Source of the DNA: Camelus ferus
Lineage: Eukaryota
Direction: 5' to 3'
DNA: 64,000 nucleotides
NCBI RefSeq assembly: GCF_009834535.1
Contig: NC_045696.1
Location: forward strand, 91,948,001-92,012,000
The notes beneath the pieces were generated by a model, which searched no databases, was not told the DNA's origin, and was given only the letters and a program-made list of their open reading frames with translations. How positions within the stretch are numbered: the stretch's first letter is position 1; every line of letters starts with the position of its first letter. This document shows, piece by piece, positions 49,541-61,376 of this stretch. The translations under genes were made by a program, and so were the position numbers.

Positions 49541-49841
49541 ATATTCAGGCTGAGAAAAAACTGCTAAGAGCCGGCTTGAGATGAATGCTTTAAGAGCGGT
49601 GGTATTTTTTTTCTTTCTCTTACTCAAGTGTGCATGGGGAGCATGTACTCTGTTGGAGCCAAGTCCTGGAGACTTAATTTGCTTTTTGTTTTTGTTTTTT
49701 CCTTTTCTGTTCTTTAGTGAGAGAAGTGCCAGATACTGCAAAATATCGGCAACTCAGAAAACCACCTTGGAATCTATACAGTGAACCTTCCCAGGAATGG
49801 CAGGTATGGAGCGAGCTGTCCCTTTATGCTGGGCTTAAAAC

Positions 49842-49911
49842 AGAAAGGAAGGGGGAAGAGGGAGAGAGGGAAGGGGGAAGAGGGAGAGAGGGAAGGGGGA
49901 GAGAAGAAAGG
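49842..49911 (+). repeat. 70-nt pure purine tract containing ~2.5 copies of a 22-mer
   Basis: ggaagggggaagagggagagag at 49847 and 49869, partial copy at 49891. Confidence 0.9.
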
Positions 49912-51887
49912 CAGAGGAGTGTTTCATTCTGGGTGGGGTAAGGGCAGGTTCACGGTCCTGGGACACAGTGGTGGTTTGGGGAGGCAGGTTGATGCTGGCG
50001 CCAGTCCTGAGCCATCACTCCCAGCCTCCTGGCCTCCACAGGTGTCTGTGTACATGAATGAGTGTGTAGGTCACTGAGAATGGTCATAGCTGGGTGTTCT
50101 GCCCGAAAACGGGTACAGGCAGCCAGGAGACCGAGTGATGCTGGAGCAACATCCACCCCTAAGAAGCCCTGTGAACCGACCAGCTCCATCCCGCCCAGCC
50201 TTCAGCTCAGTCCCCAGACCTGCCCTTCAGGGTTTGCTTAACCAGGGTAATTCAGCCACCACTGGTCCCTGAGCCACCCCGTGCCCCACAAATGGCGTAT
50301 TGATCCCAAAGTTTCTGTCACTCAGGCTGGAACTTCCCCAGCTGCGCATCTGTGAGATGCAGAGACTAGCAAGAGCTTAACCCTCGGGCCTGGGCCAGCC
50401 CACTGGGAGCCCCTCTGCCTGGCCTTGCAGGGGCAGGGCAGCCCCTGCTCACCACAAGGACACCAGAACAGCTGCCACCTCGTGCTGGTGTCTCTGTCCA
50501 GCCTCTGTGTGTCCAGGCCAGCCTGTCTACAGCCTTTCTGCCAGCAGCTCACCAAGATCCATGCAGAGCTACTCTTCCTGCTCAAGATGGCCTAAACCAA
50601 ACAAAATCAGGAAGGGGGAGGGTAGGATGAGGGTGTTCCTGTTGCTCTGGAACTGGCATTTAGAGTCCCAGCTGGGGGGGAAAAAAAAGAGGTGCTAAAT
50701 GCCTCACATTCAAAAGGGAGTTAATAGAAACCGCACTGTCCTCCCACACCCCCACCTCCCTGGGCTTTCTAAGGGGCAACAGATCAGGCTTCCGTAGTCA
50801 ACACCTACCCTGCCACCTCCCTGCTTCTCTTACACGGGAAAGAACAGGAGGCATCTAGGTCAACAGCAGTGGGCAGAGTTCTCAGTGAGAAGTGATTGCC
50901 TCCCTGTGTCCCAATGTCCACTCCTGCCCCAAGGCCAGAGAAATGGGGGCGCTGCTGAAAGAGGGGAGAATAGCTGCATCGCACTCCCCAGGTGGGCGTC
51001 AGCTTGGGCTGTGAACTTGCAGATCGCCCCCTTCTCCTGCATGAGCGGGGGATGGGCCCAGAGTGATCACTGGGCTTGAGCTGCCTCCCCAGTACCCCTT
51101 CCAGAAAGTCGCCCTCTGATAACGAAACAGCAGCAAGAGGTTGTATGAGAGGCCACCAGGGCAGAGCTCGGAGGTGGCAGAAGAGGCCTCGCCGAGCTAG
51201 ATCTCCCAGATCAGGGGACCATGTGGTCTCTTCGCCCATACCCCTTCCCACCCCAACAGCCTGGAGGATGTCTTAAAACTGAGAGAGAGAAATAGGCCAG
51301 CATAGAATTCTGAATTCAACTATGAGAAGGAGGTTTTTAAATGGACTGAAAGTGACAAGACTAATGGAATCTGCCCTAGATGTGCTAAGGGAAAAGCTTT
51401 TTGTTTTTTATTTGTAGGTTGGTTTTGTTCAGTTCAGAGCAAATCAGATTTGAAGCTAGCAGTTGGAAAAATCAGAACCATTTCATGTTTAGACCCCACT
51501 GAGTTGGGACTGCTCAGTGGATGGTTACGCAGTCATAGGCAGTGAAGGGGCCCATGGAAGTGTGGACTGGATAAGTTTCCAGATCTTTCCCACCCTGAGA
51601 TGCCAAATTTGATGGTAGCAGGGTGTCCATTTGAAAGCAGGCTGCACCCATCACTGGGATTCAGTTTTGTGTCGGCATGTCTGGAGGATGCGGGCTTAGT
51701 CAGTCTTGGGCTCCTGTCTGAGTCCTGAGAGGAAGATGGAGAAGGTTCTGAAAGTAAAACCTGAAGGAACCACTTCCATTAAAATCGGGTAAGACATTGG
51801 AGTTAAAGCATTTCTCTAAAGTCATATTGATCTTAGTGCAAACTCTCCACTCAAAACTAAAATTTTTTCCTTGACAACCACTGCATC

Positions 51888-52075
51888 TAAAGCAGTACTG
51901 TCTACAGAAGCCATTAGTCATGTGTAACTTTTTAAATATAATTAAAAATTCAACTCATATCACACTACTCATATTTCAAGTGATCAGTGACCTCATGTGG
52001 CTAGTGGCTACTGTGTTGAATGGTGAAGATATAGATCATTCCCATTTTGTAAAAAATTCTATTAGGCCTCTCTGC
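51888..52075 (-). mobile_element. MER3-like hAT-Charlie MITE
   Basis: catatttcaagtgatcagtgacctcatgtggctagtggctactgtgttgaa...aaaattctattagg. Confidence 0.7.
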
Positions 52076-52574
52076 TTCAAAGAAAAGTTATTTGTTCCAA
52101 TAAGGAGAAAATGGCCAAGCTGGGGCTCTGAGATCATATGGTATGTACAGAATTTCACATTCCAAACTTCATGGGCAGTCAAAGGTTAAAGTGACATAGA
52201 GGACAAGAAGCAGCCCCATTACTGCAGAGGACACAGTGAGCCCTGAGCTCACAAAAGAGTCCAGGAGGCTTGAGGTCTCCTACGGGAACGGGAAGGCTAC
52301 TGTGGAGGAGGCCTCTGGGCCAGGGCACAGCCCATCACCTGGCAGAGGCACTGATCCCTGGGGAGGTGATGGTGGTGCCTAGCAGAGGTGATGCTGGTAG
52401 CTTAGGAGGTGAGGGCACGTGGTGGGAGGGACTCTGCTGTGATAATCACTTCCCTCCTGGGAACTCAGAGAAACTGAGTGAGACTTTGAGGGACTAGAGC
52501 CTGGGATGTATGAGTTAATATCCTGTTTTCCTATTTTTCTCACAGGGGCCAGAACATGAGAAGTAACAAAAGAG

Positions 52575-53121
52575 GTCTAGTATCTAATGCTGTGTTACTC
52601 CAAATTACTCTAAAACCTAGTGTCCTGATACAACAATAATTATTTATTATCCCTCACAGTTTTCCATAGTGGGTCTGGAATTTGGGGATCAAGTTGGTAG
52701 GGTAGTTCTAGCTTAGGATTTCTTATGAGGTTGCAGTCAAGATGTCAGCTGGGCTGCAATCATCTGAAGGCTTAAGTGGGGCTGGAGGATCTTTCCAAGG
52801 TGGCTCACGCACATGCCTGGCTAATTGGTGCTGGCTGATGATAGGAAGCCTGAATGCTCTTAGTGTGGACTTTCTTACACAGGCTTCCTGAGTGTTCTCC
52901 CAACTCTGTGGCTGGCTTCCTCCAGAATGAGAGACTCAAATGACCAAGGCAGAAGCTGCAGTGCATTTTTTGACCTAACCTTGGAAGTCACACACCATTA
53001 CTTCTGCTGTATTCTATAGTCACACAGACCAGCCCAAATTCAGTTTAGGAGAGGAGTCCTCAAGGATGTGATTCCTAGGGAGTAAAGTTCACTGGGGGCC
53101 ATCTTGGAGGCTGGCTACCAT
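52575..53121 (-). mobile_element. MaLR solo LTR (MLT1F/H-like)
   Basis: Ends gggggccatcttggaggctggctacca (reverse complement tggtagccagcctccaagatggccccc); internal gaggttgcagtcaagatgtcagctgggctgcaatcatctgaaggctt. Confidence 0.85.
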
Positions 53122-53329
53122 GAGGTAACACAGAGCTAAGAACTGCATGTTATCAGAATGCACGGTCAGAAATCTTTCACTTCCAACTCAAATGGTCCCA
53201 AGGGGTTGGAAAACAATAAAAGAGAATATGTCTACTAGCCGATATAACTGAGAAATCTTGCTATGGCTGAATAAAAGTGCATACATGATGTCCACAAGAT
53301 TCCGTCTCATTCTCAAATCAGCTTTCCTC

Positions 53330-53601
53330 TTGTGATAGCAAGATGACCACTCACTGTTCAAGGCTTGCATCTCCAGTTTAAGAGAAGGAAACTGCCTCTT
53401 ATCTGTTAGCACCAACAAAAATCCCAGCGGGGCTTCCGTAGACTGAAATATTTATCGCTGGACCAATCATTGGATCCCTTTCAGATACAGTGCTCTGATC
53501 AGCCAGACCCAAGTCACATACCCATCCCTGGACTGGAGTGCTGTTACCAAAAGGAGGGTGAATGGTGCTGAGCTGGCAGACATCAACCACAGTTCACTAC
53601 A
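53330..53601 (-). mobile_element. MaLR/ERVL LTR fragment (MLT1L-like)
   Basis: ctgatcagccagacccaagtcacatacccatccctgga...gtgctgttaccaaaaggagggtgaatgg...cactaca. Confidence 0.55.
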
Positions 53602-54374
53602 AAAGCACGTTTGTGTCTGTCTGGTTTCATAACAGACGATTACATCACATTACACTCACCCCTTTATGATGATGATGGGCAATGTCAAACTGCCAACCCA
53701 GAAACACATCATTGTTTTCCATTACCCCTTCTTACAGAGCCAGAGGTAGACGTTCCTCTGTAAGATTTGTTTTGCACAGTCAAGACTAGAGATTTCTCCT
53801 GGGTTAATAAGCATCTGATATCTCTAAATCCAGATGGTCCTCAGAGGAGCCATGACTTTGGTTTATTTTGATCATAATACATCACTTCTGGCACTCTGGT
53901 GTGTCTCTTTGCCAGGAAGTGGAAAGAGAGTAACTTCCCAGCAAGACCTTAAAGATAGCTAATTAAAACTACTGTATTAAAAAGAAATATGACCTTGTAT
54001 CTGTAGGGAGTAATAGGTACAGTAACAGCTTACTCATCTAGACTCTGGAGGACTGATTTATGATATATTCAACCCTTCAAAACACGGACTGTATTCCTGG
54101 GTGGGGGAAAAGTTTCTGCAAAACAGATAAAGCACTCACATAGCTATACATTTAACCACTCATTTGGAGATCTGTTGATTCTAATCGAGCATATGAACAT
54201 ATTTCTGGACATGCTTGATTTTTCTACTTTCCCAGTCCACAGTAGATAAGAAACAACAGGATTAACAGGGGTGTGGCAGGGGGCTGTTGGAGAGTCATGG
54301 TGTTGCCAGCCAAGGAGCTGTCTGATGGCTGGAGTTGCTGAGACCACGGTGGTTCCCGACTCTTGCTGCTGTTT

Positions 54375-54520
54375 ATTTAACACTGATAATGGGTAAGGCG
54401 CTGTACGGGGCACTTTACGTGTTGTGTCTCATTCACTGATGACAATAGCCCTGTTAGGTCAGGGCTATTGTTTTCTCCACTTTATAAATGGGAAAACTGA
54501 AGTTTAAGGGTGATGTCAAG
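54375..54520 (-). mobile_element. MIR
   Basis: tatttaacactgataatgggtaaggcgctgtacggggcactttacgtg...ccactttataaatgggaaaactgaag. Confidence 0.75.
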
Positions 54521-56103
54521 TTCTTATGAAAGCGTTCTATGTTGGTTAACACCTGTTTAATAAAACAGGTTAGTAGATAACATCGTTTAGAAATGCTTCC
54601 TTCAAAAGTGGCTTACCAGAGACTTCTTAGGGCTTAAAATGAAAAGTGGAGAGTTTACTTACAAGATCTATCCTATCCCCTGACCAGGCATGATAAGATA
54701 GCCCTGGGATGCCTTCTCGATCTGAGATTCTGTATTCTCAAAGGCGTGGGCCTCTCAGGGTGTAGAACTTTATAAATGGTTCTGAGGGGGTTGTCTATTG
54801 GAACCGCCAATGCCCTATTGGATGCCCTCAGAGTCCCCGGCCAGGGCCCAGGAGGGGAAGTCTGGGACAGTGGCTGACCATGCAGTCTTTCTCAGAGCGA
54901 CTGCTAATCATGGACCCCATGTCTCCGTGGTGTGTCTGAGTCCTACAGCTACACTTTTCCAGCCAAGCTGGCATCCTGGCTGGAAGGATGCAAGATCTAC
55001 TGCTGCTCTGGGTGCCTGTCGGCCTCAGCCACCTTCATCCTCTGTCTCAGGATGACATGGACACATTCAAAGAATTCTTTCTTTGAAGGTTATCGTCTTT
55101 GGACTTGAGGTCAGATGCAGGAAGTCTTGAGGCCCCAGCTCCCATTTACTCCCCTGCCCTTGGTTCAGCTGGTTGAGAGAAGAAGCCATGGGTTTGAATT
55201 AGCCTTGACAGCCGGCACGTTGGGGGAAGATCCAGTGTTGGTTTTCTTCTCTCACAGTGGCATATTAAGAGCCCCTTCTGAACCCTTCAGAGCAAGAGTG
55301 GATATGGTATTGGGAAAGATAAACATTTATCAAGACCGCTAAGAGTCGCTGAGACGGTGTGGTTTTCACAGGTAGGGTGTGTGTGAGTGTCTGTGTGTAT
55401 GTGTTCATTCTTGCAGATTTTCAGGACTTGATGCAGTCCCCCGAGGCCTGAAACAAAGCTGAAATCATCCACGCCTCTTCGAATGCCAGTATCTCCAAAG
55501 AGCTCAGGAATTTCATGGTTTCCTGGAACTCAGACCTACAATGTGAAATGCTTTGGTTTCTGACCCTTGGCAATTCTAATACACCCATTGTTCTTTCTGG
55601 CCTGGAACTGACCCTTGCTTCCATTCAGCCAACACTCACTGCACCAGGCAGGGGAGAGGCATCGAGGAAGAAAATGCAGATATCGAAATCGGCCTTGGAA
55701 AAATAGACTTAGTCACTAGATTCAAATCCTCCACAAAAACGAGGGGCACAGTGTTCGCTTTCAAAGATAGTTCTTTTATTTTTAGACTTTACAATGTATA
55801 AAGATCAAATCTACACCCATAAGGGTGTGGTGCTGGCTGCTGCTTGGACAGCATTGCAAAGGAAAGGACCTTTCCCCACTTTCCTTTTTTGCAAACTTTT
55901 ATCACCTCTCAGCTACTTCCCTGCTCCAGATGTCCCTCCTCTTAAGTCATTCTCTCACAACAGGGAAAAAAATGAAGCTACATAATAAATTAACTCAAAG
56001 GGAAAGAATTAGGAATGCGTTGTAATGCTTTATGCTACCCAGAAGCAGGAAGTTTTTAAAAGACAACATCTAAAGAGGAGACACTTTGGAGGAACAAGGC
56101 TCG

Positions 56104-56156
56104 TCTTTTCTTCTCTTCTCTTTCCTTTTCTTTCTTTCTTCCTTCCTTCCTTCCTT

Positions 56157-56188
<32 letters not shown>

Positions 56189-56190
56189 CT
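56104..56190. repeat. polypyrimidine tract: (CTTT)/(CCTT)n plus T30
   Basis: Read directly; source of the spurious F/S/L-rich and K/E/R-rich ORFs. Confidence 0.92.
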
Positions 56191-56399
56191 GGTGTGGGTT
56201 GTGGCAGGGGATCCAAGAACCTCAAATCAAAGAGTATTGGAGAATTCCCCAAATTCTCTTGCCATTGGAGTTGCCTGGGGGTAAACATAGCTTTGCCCGC
56301 CTTCCTCCTGACCTTGGGAATCACTGGTCTAGGAAGTCATGCATTCTGCCCCCACACAAAGCTGAAGTTTGTGTGAACTTGTGGAAAGTTCTGCTCCTT

Positions 56400-56590
56400 A
56401 AGGAAAGACAGCTCTGTGTTCCAGTCTTGACTCTGTTACTTAATAAGTGCCTGGAGCTAATCATTTAGCCTCTGTGAGTCTCACCTATAAATTGGACTAA
56501 TTATCCTGTTTTTGCAGGGTTGTGGTGAGGCTTGGAAATCATGCATGTGAGATTCTCAGATCCAGGGCTGAGTGTTCGGTTAATGAGAAT
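56400..56590 (+). mobile_element. MIR
   Basis: ctctgttacttaataagtgcctgg...atttagcctctgtgagtctcacctataaattgg...gcagggttgtggtgagg. Confidence 0.7.
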
Positions 56591-58543
56591 CTACGTAGCA
56601 CTTGAGTAGGAATTTGTACATGTCAATTGCCTTTGTATCATTTCAAATGGGTGTTTAGAGTCTCTTTAAAAAAATGTGTTTAAATGCTTCCAAACACACA
56701 TAAAAGTATAGAAAATAGTATAATAACTCTCCCTGTGCCTTTTACGTAGCTTCTATAAGGATCTACGTATTGCCTTGCCTTTTTGTAATTCTGTTCAATT
56801 TTCAAAATAAGAAATGTAATGATCCCTATGGTAACCTATGCTTGGTATTTTTTTAAAGATTCTGAAAGCTGATGCTACCTTTTTTGGGAAGGCGAAAAAA
56901 CTACACTAGAAAAACCTAGTGTTAAGCCAGCACCCCGATGACAGATAAGCATAGTGACTCTCCTTTTGCCTGGACAAAACTCATCATCTGGACCCGGCCC
57001 CTGAGTCCATGAGGTGTGTCCACGAACAGGCCGACTGCCTGGACCACAATTAACACTGTTGGTGGCATTGTAGAGTTAACTCCAGCTGAGACAGATGTGC
57101 TTCCAAAAAGTGCAGAAGGACTTGCTAGTCCGAGCATAGGAAGAGTGTGATGACTGGGAAAACCATAGAGTGGGAGCATATCCACCCAGCCCTCCGGCCG
57201 GGCTGCATGTTTCGTGCAGAAAATTGTGTCAGCACAGCTCCTCATCAGGGTGAGGAGAGAAACCCTGGGCCCGGTATGCTGCGATTCTGGAAGGTCTGCT
57301 TTTCGAGAGTGTGGGGGCACTCACGACAGACGCAGGGATGTAAGCACGTTTACAGAGTGATGTGTGGTCCTTGTCATTAGTTTCTGAGGCTCAGTGTTCT
57401 TGACTCATCAGTCTGATGCACTAACACCCCCAGTGAGAATTCTCCACTCCCCATGTTTATTTATTCATCAGTTAACCTTTGAATGGAAAACAGACCAGCC
57501 TACAAAGAATGACCCTACCCCCAAACAAACACAATACAGAGAGGAGGAAAAACAAACAAACAGCAGAGTTCAGAACTCAGCTCTGCCGACTGTTTAGGGC
57601 AGAAGTCAGAATTCAGCATCATCTAGTTGTTACTCAGTGGATCCAGGGCAGAGGACAACTCCTGGAGGGTCGGGACGGATGTGCTGCAACGGCTCTGAAG
57701 TCGGCGGGGAATCTGGGACCCGTGAGGAGAGGACGCGTGGACCCGAGGGAAAGGCAGTGAGCGGTGTCTGGTTTGGTTGTTTTGTTCTTGCCCTCCTCAC
57801 CTCAGGAATCTTCCAGGAAACTTCCCAGCATTTTTTACACATGCATGCTGTCAGACGCCTGGTCCTAAGAAGGCTGCAAAGCACCTGATTCCACGGTGAG
57901 CCTGCCTGGCCTTCTGGAAGGGATGGCTTTGCCATAGTGGAAGCTGGCTTACTGTGACACTTACCCAGAGTCACCTGTCACACACTCGCATTCCTGTGGG
58001 GTCACTCGCCTGCCTGGCTTCCTCCCTGGAAGCTGATAATCCCCCAAAACAATGCACTGTGGCTACAGAGTGATGAGACCTTCCTCCCAGAGCCAGACCT
58101 GGAGCTCTGCCCTGTCACTGTTCAGTCACACTGGGCAGGTGACATGCTTGGAATACCTCAGACGACAGAGAGGTCAAAGAAAGTGACACTTTTCCTTAAA
58201 GCCCTAAAACTGCTCATCCCGGTTAAGAGCTGGGAGAGGGGAAAGTGGAGGACAGAAAGGAGAGGAGGAGGGAAGGAGGGACAGGTGGGCTGTCGGCCCC
58301 TAGTCACACATTAGTGAGAGGTTCAGCTCCCAATTTAGAGTTGTTTTAAGCCAAAACCATTTCCTCCTTTGCTAGGTTGTTTTACCTTCCTTGGGGTAAG
58401 CTTTTCATTCATTCTAAGGTAAAGAGGGGTAACATGTTGGCTAAATAAAAAGAGTTTCCTTTCAATTGTGGGAATGTCTTGGGGAGACAATCCCTTCGTG
58501 ATACCACATCTCGCTCTGACCATCTTTAAGCCCTTTATGTCTT

Positions 58544-59488
58544 GTTTTAAATTGGGGTATAGTTGATGTTTAATGTTATGTAAGTTACAGGCATACAACA
58601 CAGTGATTCACAATTTTCAAAGGTTACACTCTATTTGTAGTTATTATAAAATATTGGCTATATTCCCTGGGTGGCACAATATATTTTGTAGTTTATTTTA
58701 TACATAGTAGTTTGCATTTCTCAGTGCCCTCCCCCCGCCCACCCCTCCCCCCTCACCGCCCCACTGGTAACCACTAGCTTGTTCCCTGTGCCTGTGGGTC
58801 TGTTTCCTTCTTGGTGTTTTCACTAGTTTGTTTTCCTTTTCAGACTCCACGTATAAGTGATATCATACAGTGTTTGTCTTTGACTTTTTTCACTAAGCAT
58901 AATGCCCTCAAAGTCCATCCATGTTGTTGCAAGTGGCAAGATTCCATTCTTTTTTATGGCTGAGTAGTATGTGTGTGTGCGTGTGTGTGTGTGTTTATAC
59001 ACACACCATACCTTTATCCATTCATTTGTTGATAAACATAGGTTGCTTCCATATCTTAGCAATTGTAAATAATGCTGCTATGAACATTGGAGTGTAAGTA
59101 TCTTTTCAAATTAGTGTTTTCATTTTTTTCAGATATATATCCAGGAGTGGAATTGTTTGGCCATATTATTTTCAGTTTTTGAGAAACTGCCACACTGTTT
59201 TCCAATGTAGCTGCACCGATTTACATTCCCACCAACAGTGTCAGAGGGTTCCATTTTCTCCACATCCTCACCCACATTTGTTATTTGTAATCTTTTTGAT
59301 GATAGCCATTCTGACAGTTGTAAGGTGAAATCTTTTTGTTTTGTTTGGGGTGGGGGAGGTAATTAGGCTTATTTATTTATTTATTTAATGGAGGTGCTGG
59401 GGATTGAACCCAGGACCTCGTGCATGTTAAGCACACACTCTACCACTGAGCTATGCCCTCCCCCCTTAAAGTGATATCTTATTGTGAT
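58544..59488 (-). mobile_element. 5'-truncated cetartiodactyl L1 3' fragment
   Basis: ORF2 tail-like [27 protein letters not shown] (ORF 58823-59062); perfect TSD ctttatgtctt (58533-58543 / 59489-59499). Confidence 0.93.
59335..59466 (-). mobile_element. vic-1-like SINE nested in L1
   Basis: Reverse complement gggagggcatagctcagtggtagagtgtgtgcttaacatgcacgaggtcctgggttcaatcccc. TSD taaggtgaaatctt (59321-59334) / taaagtgatatctt (59467-59480). Confidence 0.93.
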
Positions 59489-60939
59489 CTTTATGTCTTA
59501 ACTTCACATGGAGTTCACCTTTGCATTTTTTATTACTATGAAAACAACATGGCTTTTTTTCATGCTTTCTGTTTTGAAGTTGCTTTATTCATTATAAATT
59601 GTCTCATCACAATATTTATAATTTCTCCAAGTGAAGAAAAACTGGATAAAGTGGGAGATACAAATTTAACCATTAACTTCCACCCCTCCCCCATATCTGC
59701 GAGTAGTCACAGGACCAAACACAGTGCCTCTTCCACGCCCTACTTAGCACAGCCAACATCACCATATCAGAGAATTTGTTGGGGGTAATTCAGGTAATGG
59801 CAGCTTCCACTTGAAGTATCTGGACAAGTGCCCACAGCTGCTGGCTCCTCATGGCTTCTTGGAAAATAAATGCCTGCCGGGGTAACTTTGTTTCTTTCTG
59901 TGTGAATGAAACGCACCGATTCTGGGAACTGTTTGCCCACATTTGGTAGGTCATTCCTCCCTTGAAGGGATTTGAATAAGGAGCCAGAGAAAAAGACTCC
60001 TTGTCTCCCAAAGCCTGCCCGAGTGTCTCGCTTTTGGGCCACCTGGCCCTCCTCGACCCCGTGCCTTTGTTCAGCTAGTGTTGACATCAGGTTAATTACA
60101 CGGTCCTGTGTTTACCGCAGATCTCCTGAAAGGCAGGGAGCAAGTTTGCTGCACGAAGTCAAGATGCAAAGCCCATTTACGTGTCCTTCAATCTAAGTGG
60201 ACTTTCCAGTCTCTGACTGGTGGGTGATTCACACAAGTGTCTGGGAGGCAGGCAAATGGCATCATCCCTGCTTTGTCAGTGAAGATGGGCACACGGTGGG
60301 ACCTCCGGTCCAGGGCCACTGTTCAGTTAGACCACTCAAGATGGCTATTTTCTTGCTGTCTGTATACCCCCAGCTTGAGTGGGTTCTGCTTCTCTCACAT
60401 GACTATCCAATCCTCTTAATGACAGGGCTTAATTAGTTCCTCTTAAGTGGGCCCACCTGATGACAGTTCCCCCTATAAATGGTAGCCTCCTCCTCCCCAG
60501 AGTAGTGAAGGCCGCTGTCACGTTCTGTCCGCTGTCTGCGGTACAGACGCTCCAGGGCCCTTTGTGTAAGATCTCCTGTCCAGTAAGCCACTGATGTCTC
60601 TGTCACTGTCTCCGGGCTCTTTCTTGTCTTGAGGCCGGGCAACTACAGGCTTGCAGGCCTGCAGGGTGCAGCCCGACAGTCAGACAGCAAGCGTGTCAGC
60701 CACAGAGCCAAGCAGCGCTCATGGGGTGAGGCTCACGGTCCTCTGCTCCTACCCTGGGCAGCCCTGCTTCTGAACAGCATGTACTCCTGGAGTGTCTAAA
60801 ACTTGACAAAGGGAGGAAACATTAAACAATGTTCTTTTAAAAAAACGCAGCACTGATAGAGTGCTCACACCTTAGCTTTTCAACACCTCTATTTCTGGGT
60901 CGGAATTATTGAGGGCCAGACTTGATGCAATACATAATT

Positions 60940-61045
60940 GGAAGCCTCTTAAGGGCAGGGAGTGTTGATGATTTTTCTTGGCTGCTGTGCTGCTTCTAGA
61001 CCTGAGCCTGGCTCATGGTAGTGGCTAGGTAAATACTAGATGAAT
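60940..61045 (+). mobile_element. L2 3' fragment
   Basis: aagcctcttaagggcagggag...gcctggctcatggtagtggctaggtaaatactagatgaat. Confidence 0.6.
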
Positions 61046-61134
61046 ATAAAGGACTCTGGGCTGCATACGGTTAGCCTTCCGTGCTAACAGCTGGGCCCTA
61101 CCTGGCTGGCGCCATCGTGAGCCTTGCGCCCTGC

Positions 61135-61376
61135 AGTCTGATGGTATTTGGAGAGTGGTCCTTGGGAGAGGTCCTCATGTTCTCTTTTCCTTCTCTCTCC
61201 CTCTGACACAGTAAGAGGATGGCCGGATGGCCAGGAAGAGTTGTCCCCAGAATCTGGCCAAGCTGGCACCGTGATCTTGGACTTCAAGCCTCCAGAACAG
61301 TGAGAAAATAAGTTTCTATTGTTTAAGCCATCGAGCTGTGGTGTTTTGTTATGAGGACCCAGGCTGACTTAAGACA
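61135..61376 (+). mobile_element. MaLR LTR (MLT1A-like), partial
   Basis: gctggcaccgtgatcttggacttcaagcctccagaacagtgagaaaataagtttctattgtttaagcca...gctgacttaagaca. Confidence 0.85.

Noticed and set aside
56025..56468. 147-aa ORF with poly-Phe, and opposite-strand poly-Lys ORF
   Set aside because: Produced by the polypyrimidine/T30 tract; no domain similarity.
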